Notes under the pieces: generated by a model
What the model was told of the DNA's origin: nothing
Databases searched by the model: none
The model's input: only the letters and a program-made list of their open reading frames with translations
Assembly (NCBI GenBank): GCA_023213395.1
Contig: CM041465.1
Span: forward strand, 146,141,741-146,205,740
DNA: 64,000 nt
Direction of reading: 5' to 3'
Origin: Cycas panzhihuaensis
Taxonomy: Eukaryota > Plantae > Cycadophyta
Made by a program: the position numbers and the translations under genes
Shown: positions 42,869 to 57,066 of the stretch, one piece after another
Numbering within the stretch: position 1 is the stretch's first letter
How the letters are laid out: every line of letters starts with the position of its first letter

Positions 42869-45800
42869 ATCACTCATATGAGAATGAGTCAAGTGAGGGA
42901 AAATTAGTAATGCTATGGGAAAACGCAATGAAAAAAATTGAGAAAGAGTGAAGAGAATAAAGAGAAAACAAAGAGAAGATCCAAATCCTACTTGCAACAA
43001 ATAATAGGAGGTGTTTGTCCATGGTAATAAAAAGAGATATATACAAGAAGGTTAAAAATCTTGCATGTAGACTAGGAATACAAACACTTTAATGGAGAAA
43101 AAAATTAATAAAATAAAAAGGAATGGAAACCAAAGCAAATCAATAATAAAAATCATCAAGAAACCAAGAGAAACTTATTAATGAAGAGATCAATCAACTA
43201 TTGGAGTGGATTAGATGGTAATCCCATAGAAAGAATGACCTTTTAGAGGTAAAATCACTAAGAAATTTTTATTAAAGTCATGAATCCAAATCCAAAATCA
43301 CCAAAACCATGCATTTTCTCACATTCCTAACCTTAGGGAGCAAAAAAACCAAATAAAGGTAACATAATCATTCTACAAAGGCCAAAATGTAGAAAATAGA
43401 GCTCAAAAGATTAACAAAAGAGAAAAAGATTGATAAAAGATCCAAACCAAATGAGGCTTTTGAATTAAATAGGCCACTTTAGATTATGGTTTTTGATTAA
43501 AAAAATCGTTGTATTTTTAATATGTGGTATTATGACCACATTGGGTTTGGGAAAAAGTAGGAATAGAAAAGAGAAAGCTGAAAAAAGTTAGTTTTCTTTT
43601 TTTTTTTCTTTTCATTAGGAGATGTGACAGAGGATACTGCAAAACAAATGGTCTAATGTTGTAAAAGTGTTACAAATTTTTTAGTATCAGTTGAAATTTT
43701 ACCTATGTACCACACAATTAAAAAAAGTAAAGAAAACATGTTTTTTTTTCTCAATGTTAAAAAGTAGACTAGCCATTAACTTTAAGTAGATAGACAACTA
43801 GAGAGAATGGAATGAAAGAGAGTTAACATTATGAGTAAGAAATAGGCCTTTAGTCCCTACGTGATGATGTTTCTATTTGTAATCATAGGTGCCTTAAAAT
43901 TAGGGGTTCAAAGTGCAAATTGATATCATGCCAAACAAAATATATATCACAAAGTGAAATGAAATAGAAATCAATATGAAATTGCTAGGAAGGCAAAATT
44001 TACAAGAAATATTTGCCACCTTAGCAATTGAATAGGGTTGTCAACCACCTTTAGGTACAAGTATTGCATGAGGATATAATAAACAAGGTCATCTAGTTTG
44101 GCATTCTAAGCTTTAGGGATATGACAAATTTGGACATGGACAAATTACTATCATAGGAATTGATAATTTTATTAACATAAGAGCATGTATTTGACTTGTG
44201 TTTGCATAACAATGTCAAACATGATATTGTCGCTGAAGGGGATCTGTAAACTGTAACTAGGATATAAAGTTATTGAATGACCCATACAACTAGGACCTAA
44301 ACTACTAAATAGTAGGTGGGGATGAGACCATCATGTAACCTACCCCAGATGCTAAGGCAGTGGTCTATGATGATGAACACTTAGGAATTGGGGATGGGTT
44401 GTTACATTGTGAATGGTTTGTTCATTAGGATAAATTTTAATAGAGTGAAAGGATTGTATGAACCCCCAACTAACCCTGGGAGACAAGAAAGGCATCTAGA
44501 ACTAATAGACTTTGAGTTAATAATGCATTAATGTGAGAATATGCATGATTTAATACATGGAAGAGTCAATATAATGAGAGAAAGAGAGGGAAATGAGAAG
44601 TCTAAACTGCCACAACTAGATTTAATGAGTGCAAGAGGTATTTCCATGAGTGTGGGGTTATCCTTCATGAGGATCAAGAAACTAGGCCCAAATAGACTGA
44701 AGGCAAGCAAGAGAACAAGTAGAAAAAGGACGTTGGTTAACCAAAGATAAGGATAGATCACATGAGATCAAAATGAGAGAGGCAAGAAATGGAATATTTA
44801 AAGGGTCTTAAAAGAGCAAACAATGTTCATCATGCATGAATAAATTGGAGAAAGGTAAGGGAAAAGCCATAAAAATGTTAGACAAGGGTAATTGCGATAC
44901 AAATATTGAAAAAAAAAATGAAAAAATGAGGACAAACAAAGTCAAGTGGAAGAAACTATGTCTAAAATAAATGATAAATGACCATAAAATGATGAGAAAA
45001 GATTATAAAATAGGGGGGAAATAATTCATTTTTACTAGACCATTTATGAGATGAGAAACCCCCTATGTTGGAGATTTGACCATTGTAAGAGAATTAGGCA
45101 TTTGTTTGACACGTTGTAAGTTGTAGTGAAGAGCCAACATGATAATGGACCCATAGCTAGCATATTCGGTAAGTTTTAGTAGTCATTTTAATTATTTTTT
45201 TTAATGAAATATGACAGGTTTACGAGTGAGGGGTTTTCTAATGGGGGAATTTATTAAATTCAGTTGATCAAAGGGCAAATCTCTCCTAATTTCTTACAAA
45301 CCAGGGGCAAGGTCACTTAATTAGACTATATAATGAATTTCTAACATTAAAAAAGCCTATTTACTATGAAATTTATTTTTTTAGGTTTTGTTTTACATTT
45401 TGCAGGGTAATACTATAAAAATTACACAGATACCATAAAATTTATAAGATACTACAAAATAATTTTATAGTATGTCACTGGATTTTTTGGTATTCATTAT
45501 ATTTTTATGCTATAATACCACAAAATTAGGATAATAATGGAATAAAGACATTTCTAATTTAAAAAGTCATGGTTTTCAATGATTTTTCTATTGGAGAGAG
45601 GATTGGATGATGGAATATACAAGCACTAATAGTATCTTGTTATATAAAGTTGCAAAGATTAATTCATGTCTCATCCACATATAATAATAGAAGGATGCTA
45701 CAAGAGATCGGAGATGGACCATGGATAGGGATTAAGTGACATTATAATAATGTGGGGTATTGCTTGCTTATTATGCTAGCGATTTGGCCACATATATAAG

Positions 45801-45898
45801 ATTACTAGCTAACCTAATTAGCCATTAGCTACTAGGGGCTAAAGTGTTCAAATTTAGAGGGTTTGGTGACCTCTAAATTACCCTAGTTGATGTGAGGA

Positions 45899-45900
<2 letters not shown>

Positions 45901-45951
<51 letters not shown>

Positions 45952-45986
45952 AGTGGACCACTATGTATATATGTGTATGTATGTAT

Positions 45987-46020
<34 letters not shown>

Positions 46021-46152
46021 GTATGTCTATATATCTATACATACATACATACATATATATATATACATACATAGATATATATATACATATATGTATACAT
46101 ATATATACATACATACCTACATATATATATATATATATATCTACACACATAA

Positions 46153-46186
<34 letters not shown>

Positions 46187-46195
46187 GTATGTATG

Positions 46196-46240
<45 letters not shown>

Positions 46241-46270
46241 ACATATATGTATATATATATATACATATAC

Positions 46271-46304
<34 letters not shown>

Positions 46305-46575
46305 ATATATACATATACATATACATACATATATACATATATACATATACATACATATATATATATATACATATATATATATGTATGTATGTATATATAT
46401 ATATGTATGTATATATAGATATGTATGTATATATATGTATATATGTATGTATATGTATATATATATGTATATATGTATGTATATGTATATATATATATAT
46501 ATATGTATGTGTATATATGTATATGTATATATGTATGTATATGTATATATATATATATATGTATGTGTATATATG

Positions 46576-46621
<46 letters not shown>

Positions 46622-46654
46622 TATATATGTATATATATGTATATGTATATATGT

Positions 46655-46694
<40 letters not shown>

Positions 46695-46751
46695 GTACAT
46701 ATATATATATGTATATGTATATATATATGTATATGTATATATATACGTATA

Positions 46752-46804
<53 letters not shown>

Positions 46805-46809
46805 GTATA

Positions 46810-46845
<36 letters not shown>

Positions 46846-46868
46846 TATATATATATATATATATATAT
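45901..46868. repeat. Compound (TA)n/(CA)n/(TG)n microsatellite, ~970 bp
   Basis: Read directly; abuts the LTR at 46869. Confidence 0.97.
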
Positions 46869-47384
46869 TGTAAGAATAGGTACAGGCACAATGTCACAGG
46901 ATCACATAGACAAAAAAAATATAGGAAAAAGACATTGCATAAGTACACATAATTTGCCAGGTGGAAAACCTCTTCTGGAGAAGAAAAACCACCTCTTAAT
47001 CTAAAATTTTATTAAGATAAAAGGATATACATAAAACCATAAACAAACCACCTACGTATGACAAAACCATCCTTTGAAAAAGGCTTTGGACAACCTCCTA
47101 GATTCTCGGAACCCCCTCCTTGAATCTAGGAGAAGATATTAATAACAAGAAAGGTTCATTGAAATGGCGAGTTGCACATTTCAATGACCTTTCACATAAT
47201 GATTAAATAAAGGCTAAACTTTAAATATTAGAATCACTTAAATATAAATTTACAGATGTGACTTAAATAAAATATAATAATAATATAAAAGTAACATTAA
47301 TAATGCTAACATCCCCCTTTAATGTTAACTTTTATAAAGAAGATCTTCATCACATTGATCTCTCTTTGATGGAGACTTCTTTTA

Positions 47385-50300
47385 TTTTCAATAAATCTCA
47401 CAGGTTTAGAAACTTGACTTCAGTTAAAGACTTTGTGAGTATATTAGCAACCTATAGATTTATAGGATAACAAGACAAATGAATAATATTATTAATAACA
47501 AGATTATGAATAAAATACTGATATAATTCTATATGTTTAGTTCTAAAATTCGTTACTAGATTTATAACAATAGCAATGGCACATTGATTATCGACTTTAA
47601 GTTCAATAGAAGAGTTAGAAGATAGACCAATTTCATTTAGAAGAGATTTGACCCAAAGTACTTCTTTGCTGGCTTAAACGAGTGCGCGATATTTAGTTTC
47701 AATTATTGATAGAGCTATTGCTTATATTTTCTTACTAGACCAAGTAATAGGTGATGAATCTATAAAAAATACATAACCTAATATAGATTTTCGATCATTT
47801 GTATCACCTGCCCAATCTAAATTAGTATATCCTGTTAAAGTTAGAGGTTTACTGTAAAAATTATAAGTTAGTCCATAAAAAATAGTGTTATGAAAATATC
47901 GTAATATATATTTAGCAGCTTTCCAATATGATTCGTGTGGTTGTTGCATATAACGTGAACATAAAATAATAACATAGGATATATCAAGGTGGGTATGAGT
48001 TAAATAAATAAGACTACCGATTAGTTATCTATATAATATATGATCACATAAAGGTGATAAACAATCAGTAGATAATTTTACTCATGATTATAACAGATTA
48101 GAGACAGGTTTAACATTTTCTATGTTAAACCGTTTAATTAAGTCTAAAATATATTTATGTTGAGATATAGTTATTTTTGAATCATGTTGATAAATTTATA
48201 ATCTAAGAAAATAATGTAGGAGACCTAAATTAGTCATTTCAAATTTATTCATTAAAGCATATTTTAAATGATAAATGTTATTAGTTGATGATCTAGTGAT
48301 TATGATATCATTAACATACATGATTAAAATAGTAATATTTTTATTTTCATAGTTGAAATAAAGATTTGGATCACTAATACATCTGGTGTATCAAATTTTA
48401 ATTAGATAATCGTTAACTTTAGTGTACCAAGCTCAAGGAGCTTGTTTTAATACATAAATTGATTTCTTTAGTTTTTAAACTAAATTAGGATTACCAATAA
48501 AGCCAAGTGGCTACGACATGTATATCTCTTCTTTGAGATCACTATTCAGAAATGCACTTTTTACATCCATTTAATGGATTTACCAACTAAACTTGGCTGC
48601 GAGAGTAATAATTATTTTAATCATATTTATTTTTACAACATGGGCAAAGGTTTCATTATAATCTATACATTAATTTAAGAAAATCCTTTTGTAACTAGGT
48701 GAGCTTTATATTTTTCAACAGCACTTGTTGAGTTGTATTTTATTCTATAAACCCATTTACAGTCAACTACATTTTTCCCAAGTGGGAGTGGTACAAGATC
48801 CTAAGTTAAATTTTTAATTAAAACATCAAATTCAACTTGTATAGCTTCCTACTATACATGATTGTTACTAGTTTGTTTAAAGGTTTTAGGATCATTATTG
48901 TCCATTATTTTAGCCACTAAGGCATAGTTAGCATGTAATTTTTTGGCACATGTTTGCCTAGTATCTGAATAATTACCAATATTAGATCCAGCGTTAGCAA
49001 ACGTTTTCTTTGGCTAGATAAGCTATTTGTTGGTACCTATTTCTATAGTTACAGGTTAATTTGAAGAGCTAGATTGAGAAGAAGAGTCTATTTCAGTAAG
49101 TTAAGATAGAGTCTACTTCTGGACTTGAGTAGATAAGGATTCTATGATTTCAAGGTCAACTTGTTTGTCGGAGGGATCAACCAAATCAGTGTTGGTTAAC
49201 AGATTTTTAACCAAAAGTTCTACATAAGTAGAGGTTGAAGAAGATCAATTTTCATCAAATATTATGTCACACAAAATTAAAATTTGATACGTGATTGGAT
49301 CTAAAAGTCTATAAGCTTTACTTTCTTCGATGTATCCAACATGTTGGGTATTATGACAATAATTATAGGCCTAAAATTATGGCATATTTTCAGTGTGATT
49401 TCCCCCCTCTAATCTTTCTTGGGGGGTTCCAAGGGGGGCGGGAGCCACCCTTGACCGGGGGGTGCAGGGGTGTGGAACACCCCCCGCTAAGAGGGGGTTC
49501 GGGGATGATAGCCCCCAACCTAAAAAATTGACCATGTAAACCTTATCAAAGTGTAAAAAGAATCAGGGTTATTTAATACAAATACCCTAGATTCTACGGT
49601 TGAGATTTTGGTCTTGGATGTCCTCTCATGTAGCCTGTTTTAGGGCTTTTTCTTATTATGTTGTAATGTTGTGCAATGTACTGTGAAGAGGGTGGCAGAT
49701 GATTATTGTTCCAGAGAGCACTCTATATCTGTAATGTACTATTTCTCCATTCTGTAGCAATAAAGATCGATACCTTTCTTGTGTGGATGTTTCCCTAACA
49801 CACTACTAGGGTTTTACCATGTTATATCGAGTGTACATGTGATGTTTAGCTTTCATTATCTTGTTACAGTATAATCTCTGATTTTAGAACTTGCATGTAA
49901 TTTTATATTTCTATTTCTATAACTAATTGTAAGAAAGTAATAGATCTTGATGGCAGTTATAGGGTTGGACCTTCTATTTTCAACACAACGAAGATATATT
50001 TTTTACTCTTAGGATCTAATTTCTTGCCATGCAATACTTCTAAATATTTGTAAATGATTGACTAAAGGTTTTCTTCCAGACTATTTTTTATTTTGGAGTA
50101 ACGTTTTGTAGGCATTAGCTAGGTAGACAATTTAGAAGATAGTTGGAGCAGTTAATTACTTCTACCGATAACTTTAAGTCAAGGTTCTTTACATGTAACA
50201 TGCAACGAGTCATTTCAACAAAAGTGCGATTCTTGCATTCAGCAACACCATTTTGTTAAGGAGTGTATGTAACAGAATGTTGAAATTAAATTCTGTACTT

Positions 50301-52192
50301 TTTACAGAAGGAAATAAATTTACTACTTAAGTATTTCTTGGCATTATCAGATCTAAAAATTTAAATTTTTGAGTTTCATTGGTTTTCAACAAGCATTTTA
50401 AATTTGATAAAAGTGTCAAACAGTTGACTACACATTTTGAGTGTGTAAACCTAACATTTTCTTGAAAAATCATCAATAAACATAATAAAATAACGAGATC
50501 TAGAATATGATGTTACATGAAAAGGTCCACATATGTCAGAGTAAACAAGTTCAAGTGGAACTTTCGCTCTGAATTGAGTTTTAAATAGAAATGAGTCCAT
50601 GTGTTGTTTACCTGTTACATAGGCTTCGCAGATACCATAAACAGTATTTAAGGGTGGAAGACCATGAACCATGTCATGTTTTTTTAGATATTGAAGTTTT
50701 CCATAACTTGTATGGCCAAATTGTGCATGCCAAAGTTTATTGACTGTGATAGATTTAGCGATAAAGGCACTGAAGGATTATGTTTTGTTATTTTATAAAC
50801 TAGTTAAACTATAGAGACATGTGTTATGATCAACAGGTCCTGAGGCAATATGTTTAAATTTGTTTAATGGCTCTTTGATAATAAATTTATCTTTCCAGAA
50901 TTCGACGACAAGGTCTTTCTGGCAGATTTGATAAACTAAGAGTAGGTTTGGTAATAAACCTAGTACGTAGAAGACGTCCATTATTGAACCGTCTTTTAAA
51001 GTAACATCACCTGATCCTTTTATTTTAAGTTGAGTTCCACTTCCAAAAGAAATCTCTTCTTCAGAGTTAGTTTCAGATTGATAAGTGGATAAGTTTTTTT
51101 GGTGTCTTGTCATGTGTTGGGATGCATCAGAGTCAAGGATCCATTGTGGTAGTTGATTAGTTGGGGCAACAAATATAGAAGTTATTTCCGTTAGAGAACG
51201 ATTATGAGTTTATCAGTTTTATGGTCGGGATTGAAGTCAGTTTTGTAATCCCTTGGAAGCTTTCCATGCTTTCGAAGCTATTATACTTCTACAAACATCA
51301 ATAGTGTGGCCTCTTTTATGATAATAGGCACAACTAGTGTTCTGAGAAGAATTTTCATTCTTCCGATTAAGTAAGGACTGATTAGAAGTATTCTGATGTT
51401 TAGTTGGACCAAAATACTTAATATTGTTTTGGGAATTAGATTTTGAAGCTCTATGAGGTTTCTAAAATTTTGGATTACTTTTAGAATTGTTCTGATGTTT
51501 GTTTTTGTTTTGTGGCTTAGTTTTGGAAAACAAAGCATGGGAAGGATCTTTTAATATGCCTGTTTGAATTAACATTGTTTGATGTTCAATCAGTTAGTTT
51601 ATCAACTGATTGAATGTTATAAAAGGATTGCGAGATTGTTGTCTGGCGGTTTTGAAAAAATTAAAATATTTTGGTAATTTGTTTATTACAAGATGTACAA
51701 GTGTATCATCATCTTTAGTATGCATGATTATTTTTTCAATATCACCTACTTTGGTTTTGGATTTAATACAATTACCTAGGTCTTTATTAATTAGTTAAAT
51801 TTTACATAAAAATCCTTAACTTTAGAAAAATCATCATAAGTAAGGTCATACAATTCCTGTTCTGAAACAACCAATTGATGTATATCGACCTTATCATATT
51901 TTTCCTACAGAGTGTTCTAAACAGTGGCAAGATCGTCTGTTTCAAAAAATTACCAACTGATTTCTAGTGAAAGTGAGTTTATGATAGTGCCTAGGGTTGA
52001 ATCTGAGTTCATCAGATATACCATATAACTGTCTGAAGTTTCATCAGTTGGTTTTTTAAATTCACCTATCACATATCACCATATCTTTTGTCATTTAAGC
52101 TGATAGGATATGTGATTCCTCTAGTCAGCATAGTTTGAACTGGTTAAAATTGAAATTGAAATGCAGGTGGTTGATCTTGGCATTCAAGTCAT
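47385..52192 (-). pseudogene. Degenerate copia gag-pol
   Basis: PR WILDSDAS, IN LELVYSDICGP..FIDDFSRK, RT, RH GYTNLDWAGDTNDRKS..SPITWSSKK. Interrupted by the solo LTR. Confidence 0.92.
49342..49985 (+). mobile_element. Solo LTR of the Tork-like family seen at 1682-2297
   Basis: tgttggg...tttcaaca with TSD caaca/caacg. Removing it restores the host frame KYIFVGYIEESKAYRL. Confidence 0.93.
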
Positions 52193-52371
52193 ATTAGAAA
52201 TTTTAGAATTTGATTGAAGATTGAAAAAATATAAGAGTAGGTGAAAAAATAATCACTTAGTAAGGTTTTGAAACATTAGATTAACATTTCATAGTCATTA
52301 TTAAAGATTGAAAAACATAATAGGATAAATAAATACCTTTCCCTTTAAAAAAAATTACATGTTCCTAAATA

Positions 52372-52474
52372 AATAGTCCTCCTTAAAAAATAGTCCCCCT
52401 TAAAAAATAAATAGTCCCCCTTAAACTTTAAAAATAAATAGTCCCCCTTAATCTTAAAAAATAGTCTCTCTTAA
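52372..52474 (-). repeat. Five copies of a 15-bp PPT-like motif in the copia leader
   Basis: aatagtcccccttaa-type unit x5 (ttaagggggactatt on the element strand). Confidence 0.85.
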
Positions 52475-53290
52475 CAAAGTAAGTGATTACTTAAAAAGGT
52501 ATTTATATTCTAATTTATAAAAAGTTTTTATTGATTTAGAAAGAATATTAATATATTAAGGTAGTTTATTTAATTTCTCTAAAAAATGATGTTGAAGAAA
52601 TTTTGGCCTAAAGCTAATTTGGCTTTATCTAAGGGATTTAATTTTAACAATAAAAATATAATTAAGGAAATGTGTATTGATTAAAAAAATAATGAAGGTA
52701 GAAGGTTAATTTTAAAAGTATAAAAGAGAGGTTAATGGCAACATTAAAAGACATATAAAGATGATTAATTTGTCATTAAATAGTGTAGTTAGAGAGGGTG
52801 TTTTTAAAAAAAAGTATTAGGATATAATAAGAGTATTGTATGATATTAAGAGAGCGTTAATTTAGCCTAGGTTTTATTTGAGAAAGTATATATTTAAATA
52901 TATACATATAAATAATACTGAGAGAGGATTAAAGGTTATAATTACCTTATTATAATAAAAAGAAGATTAATTTTAAGAATAAGTGAAGGGGGAATGGTTT
53001 GTTTGTAACCAATTATAATGTAGAGGGGAAGGGTTATTTTAATGTTGAGAAAAAAAATAAAAAAGAGAGGTTTTTATTTATATATCACTTATAAAAAAAA
53101 TGTGGATATGAATTTAACAAAAAAGAAGTTATGAATATAAAGGAGGAAGGATTAATAAGGTGTTGGGGGGGAGGAATGTAACAAGAATAAAATGAAGTAA
53201 AGAAGGAAGGAAGGGGTTAATTTAATTTTTAAACTAAGTGTGATAGAAGGGAGGGTTACACATTTAAATCTACCCTAAGGTTGATTACAT

Positions 53291-53335
<45 letters not shown>

Positions 53336-53618
53336 TAATCTAAATAGTAATAACACGGATCCGACAAATGTTTTCAACTTAGAAAAGTAAATAAAATTTA
53401 AAATTAGTTGGGGTCTGAGGGGGATAAAGCATCGAAACCCTACCTGGTACACAGTTCGTGGTGGCAGCGATCTTCGTTTCTTCTTTGCAGATCTATCGAG
53501 GAGGAACAATGGAACTCGAACGCTAATGTCTTTACCCAGGTAAGGGATTCTGAACACTTTTAGTGTCACAATAATGGTTCAATTCAAGGAAGTGACCAAG
53601 GCAGGCTAGTTGTAGGTT

Positions 53619-54527
53619 CTTAAGAATCAGAAGATTGGTGGAATCTACCTTCCAAACACTCACTGGTTTGTAGGAGAGGAAGACAAAGGCAAAAATTTCG
53701 AAAGATTTGTGGTTTAGCTGTCTGCCCTAGCTAATGTATTTATGAATGATGCATTCGGTTCGTGATAACCTCATGGTTCAACTTATCGTATTGCCAAGTA
53801 CCCACCCTCGTATGTAGGGTTGTGCATGCAGAATGAGCTTTACCATGTACAAGCAATCTTGAATCCCAATAGACTATTTCTTGCTATTGTTGCTGGGGCT
53901 AAGTATGATACTAAGATTGGTCGACTCAATCAGATATACAAGAAAGTTGATAAATTGGTTCTTGGTGGTCTCATATACAATACTTACCTCTGTGCCAAGT
54001 ATAGAGTTAAGATTGCTAGTGTTGATGATTTAGATATTGAACTTGCAAAAGAATTCGTAGAACATGATAAGTCATAGAAGAAAATTGTGGAGTTGCAATT
54101 CTTGGTTAAAACAGATACATTGGAGGGAAGATTTGAAGGCCAATATATAATGGTCAATGTTAAGGATTTTGATCATGGTCAAACATACAAATATATTGTG
54201 GATGCTGATCCAATCTCATTTGAATTAGAGGAGGCAATACAAGCATTGAATTCAGTTAAGACAATATTTGTCAATGTTGTTATAGGACTTATGCCCTATT
54301 TCTGGCACGGTATAAGCAAAATGGATGAGGTAATTGATAAAAATCGCATAGCTCAAAAGTTCTTTGGAGGTGGTGACACCCTCCAAACATTTAAAAGCCT
54401 TCATCCTATTCTGTATCAGGCAGTATTGGATAATATCAAATACTACTTGTTCACCGGGGTTGATACCGTTTTAAAGGTTATTGAGGAAGGAGACTCAATG
54501 GGGTTAAAAATTGTGAAAGCTCTAATA
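53619..54527 (+). pseudogene. pgk: C-terminal ~300 codons of a divergent phosphoglycerate kinase, intronless, antisense within the copia leader
   Basis: One frame with four in-frame stops: GGIYLPNTHWFVGEE, VFMNDAFGS**PHGS, AIVAGAKYDTKIG, LVLGGLIYNTY, TIFVNVVIG, FFGGGDT, YYLFTG, LKIVKALI. NDAFG, GAK, GGGDT and TG are PGK hallmarks in the correct order. Confidence 0.92.
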
Positions 54528-54970
54528 CCATGTAAGAATAAGTATAGGCACAATGTCACATGATCACATAGATAGAAAAAATACGGGAAAAAGACATTGC
54601 ACAAATACACATAATTTGCTAGGTGGAAAACCCCTTATGGGGAAGAAAAACCACCCTCTAATCTAAAATTTTATTAAGAGCAAAGGCTATATATAAAACC
54701 ATAAGCAAACCACCTACGTATGACAAAACCAGCCTTTCAAAAAGGCTTTGGACAACCTCCTAGATTCTGGAAACCCCCTCCTTGAATCTATGAGAAGATA
54801 TTAATAACAAGAAAGGTTCATTGAAATGGGTAGTTGTGCATTTCAATGACCTTTTACATAATGATTAAATAAAGGATAAACTTTAAATATTATAATTACT
54901 TAAATATAAATTTACACATGTGACTTAAATAAAACATAATAATAACATTAAAGTAACATTAATAACCCTA

Positions 54971-56214
<1,244 letters not shown>

Positions 56215-57066
56215 GCATACACACAAATATCTTTCATACATAATTTGGCACGCATGTATGACTGCTTTTTACTCTATTCACTCCCATATCCCCCCTATGA
56301 TGGATGACGTACCATAGTGAATGAAAGTGGTGTAAGTGGTAAAGACATGATGTTTAGACAAGGAGTAGATTTTTGGGAGGAGATGAGGATTGACAAGGAG
56401 TGGAGGTAATGCATTTAGGAGAAAGGATAACTACTAAGAGAATCCATAAGACCTGTTCCTCCTAAATTATGAGTTAACTACCACAAATGATGACTAAAAT
56501 GATAAACCATAGTAGGCAACATATAATCTAGCAAGAGACCCTTGGACCTTACTTATCTTCTTAGGGAGAGAATGGGCAAAGTTCCATTTTCAATGTTTGG
56601 GAAATCTCATATAGGAGTCCATTAAGCTTGTGCATATCCTAACCGATGATCGCCCAAACGATGGTTCATCAAAAGGGATCATATTCGTTGCTAAAAGAGT
56701 CATGAGACTCCTTCGATAAGAGAAACAATCCAAAACAAAATAGTGATTGGGGTTCTTCAACCATAGAAACAATAGGAAAATTGTTGACTTGACCTTTCAT
56801 CAGTTTTTGAAAGCAATCAACTCCTTTCCTAAGATACATAGTGGTTTGGAACTTATCACTTCAACCCTTACCCCCAAAATCTCAAAGGATAAAGATAAGA
56901 GTGAAAGTGCCTCTAAATGATATATATGAAGAAAGAGAGGAACGTGTAATTTATTCTCATTTTGGAGTACCCCAAAGCACTGAGCTCAAGGAATGAGTCA
57001 ATAGTTTATACTCATGTTAGAGTATGTCATAGTTTAATCTCATTGTAGAGTAAAGAAGGTGATCTG

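Larger units (their letters stand above)
33005..43500 (-). mobile_element. Possible decayed LINE, fragmented by the LTR insertions at 34387 and 38892
   Basis: Minus-strand traces PFRLE (~33140) and a zinc-knuckle-like CEKMHGFGD (~43310), with consistent purine skew in the inter-element segments. Weak evidence. Confidence 0.3.
46869..54973 (-). mobile_element. Full-length degenerate Ty1/copia element carrying a PGK fragment
   Basis: 443-bp LTRs at 46869-47311 and 54531-54973. PBS (revcomp gctctaatacca) at 54519-54530, PPT tcccccttt at 47312. Flanks tatat/tacac lie within the microsatellite. Confidence 0.94.

Noticed and set aside
53619-54563. PGK as a functional gene or as bacterial contamination
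   Set aside because: The N-terminus is missing, there are four in-frame stops and the TGGG motif is mutated. It is fused to a plant PBS/LTR and shows the local C>T decay.
56655-56685. DGSSKG resembling an archaeal-type RNase H motif
   Set aside because: It is on the opposite strand to the gypsy pol and no further RNase H motifs follow.
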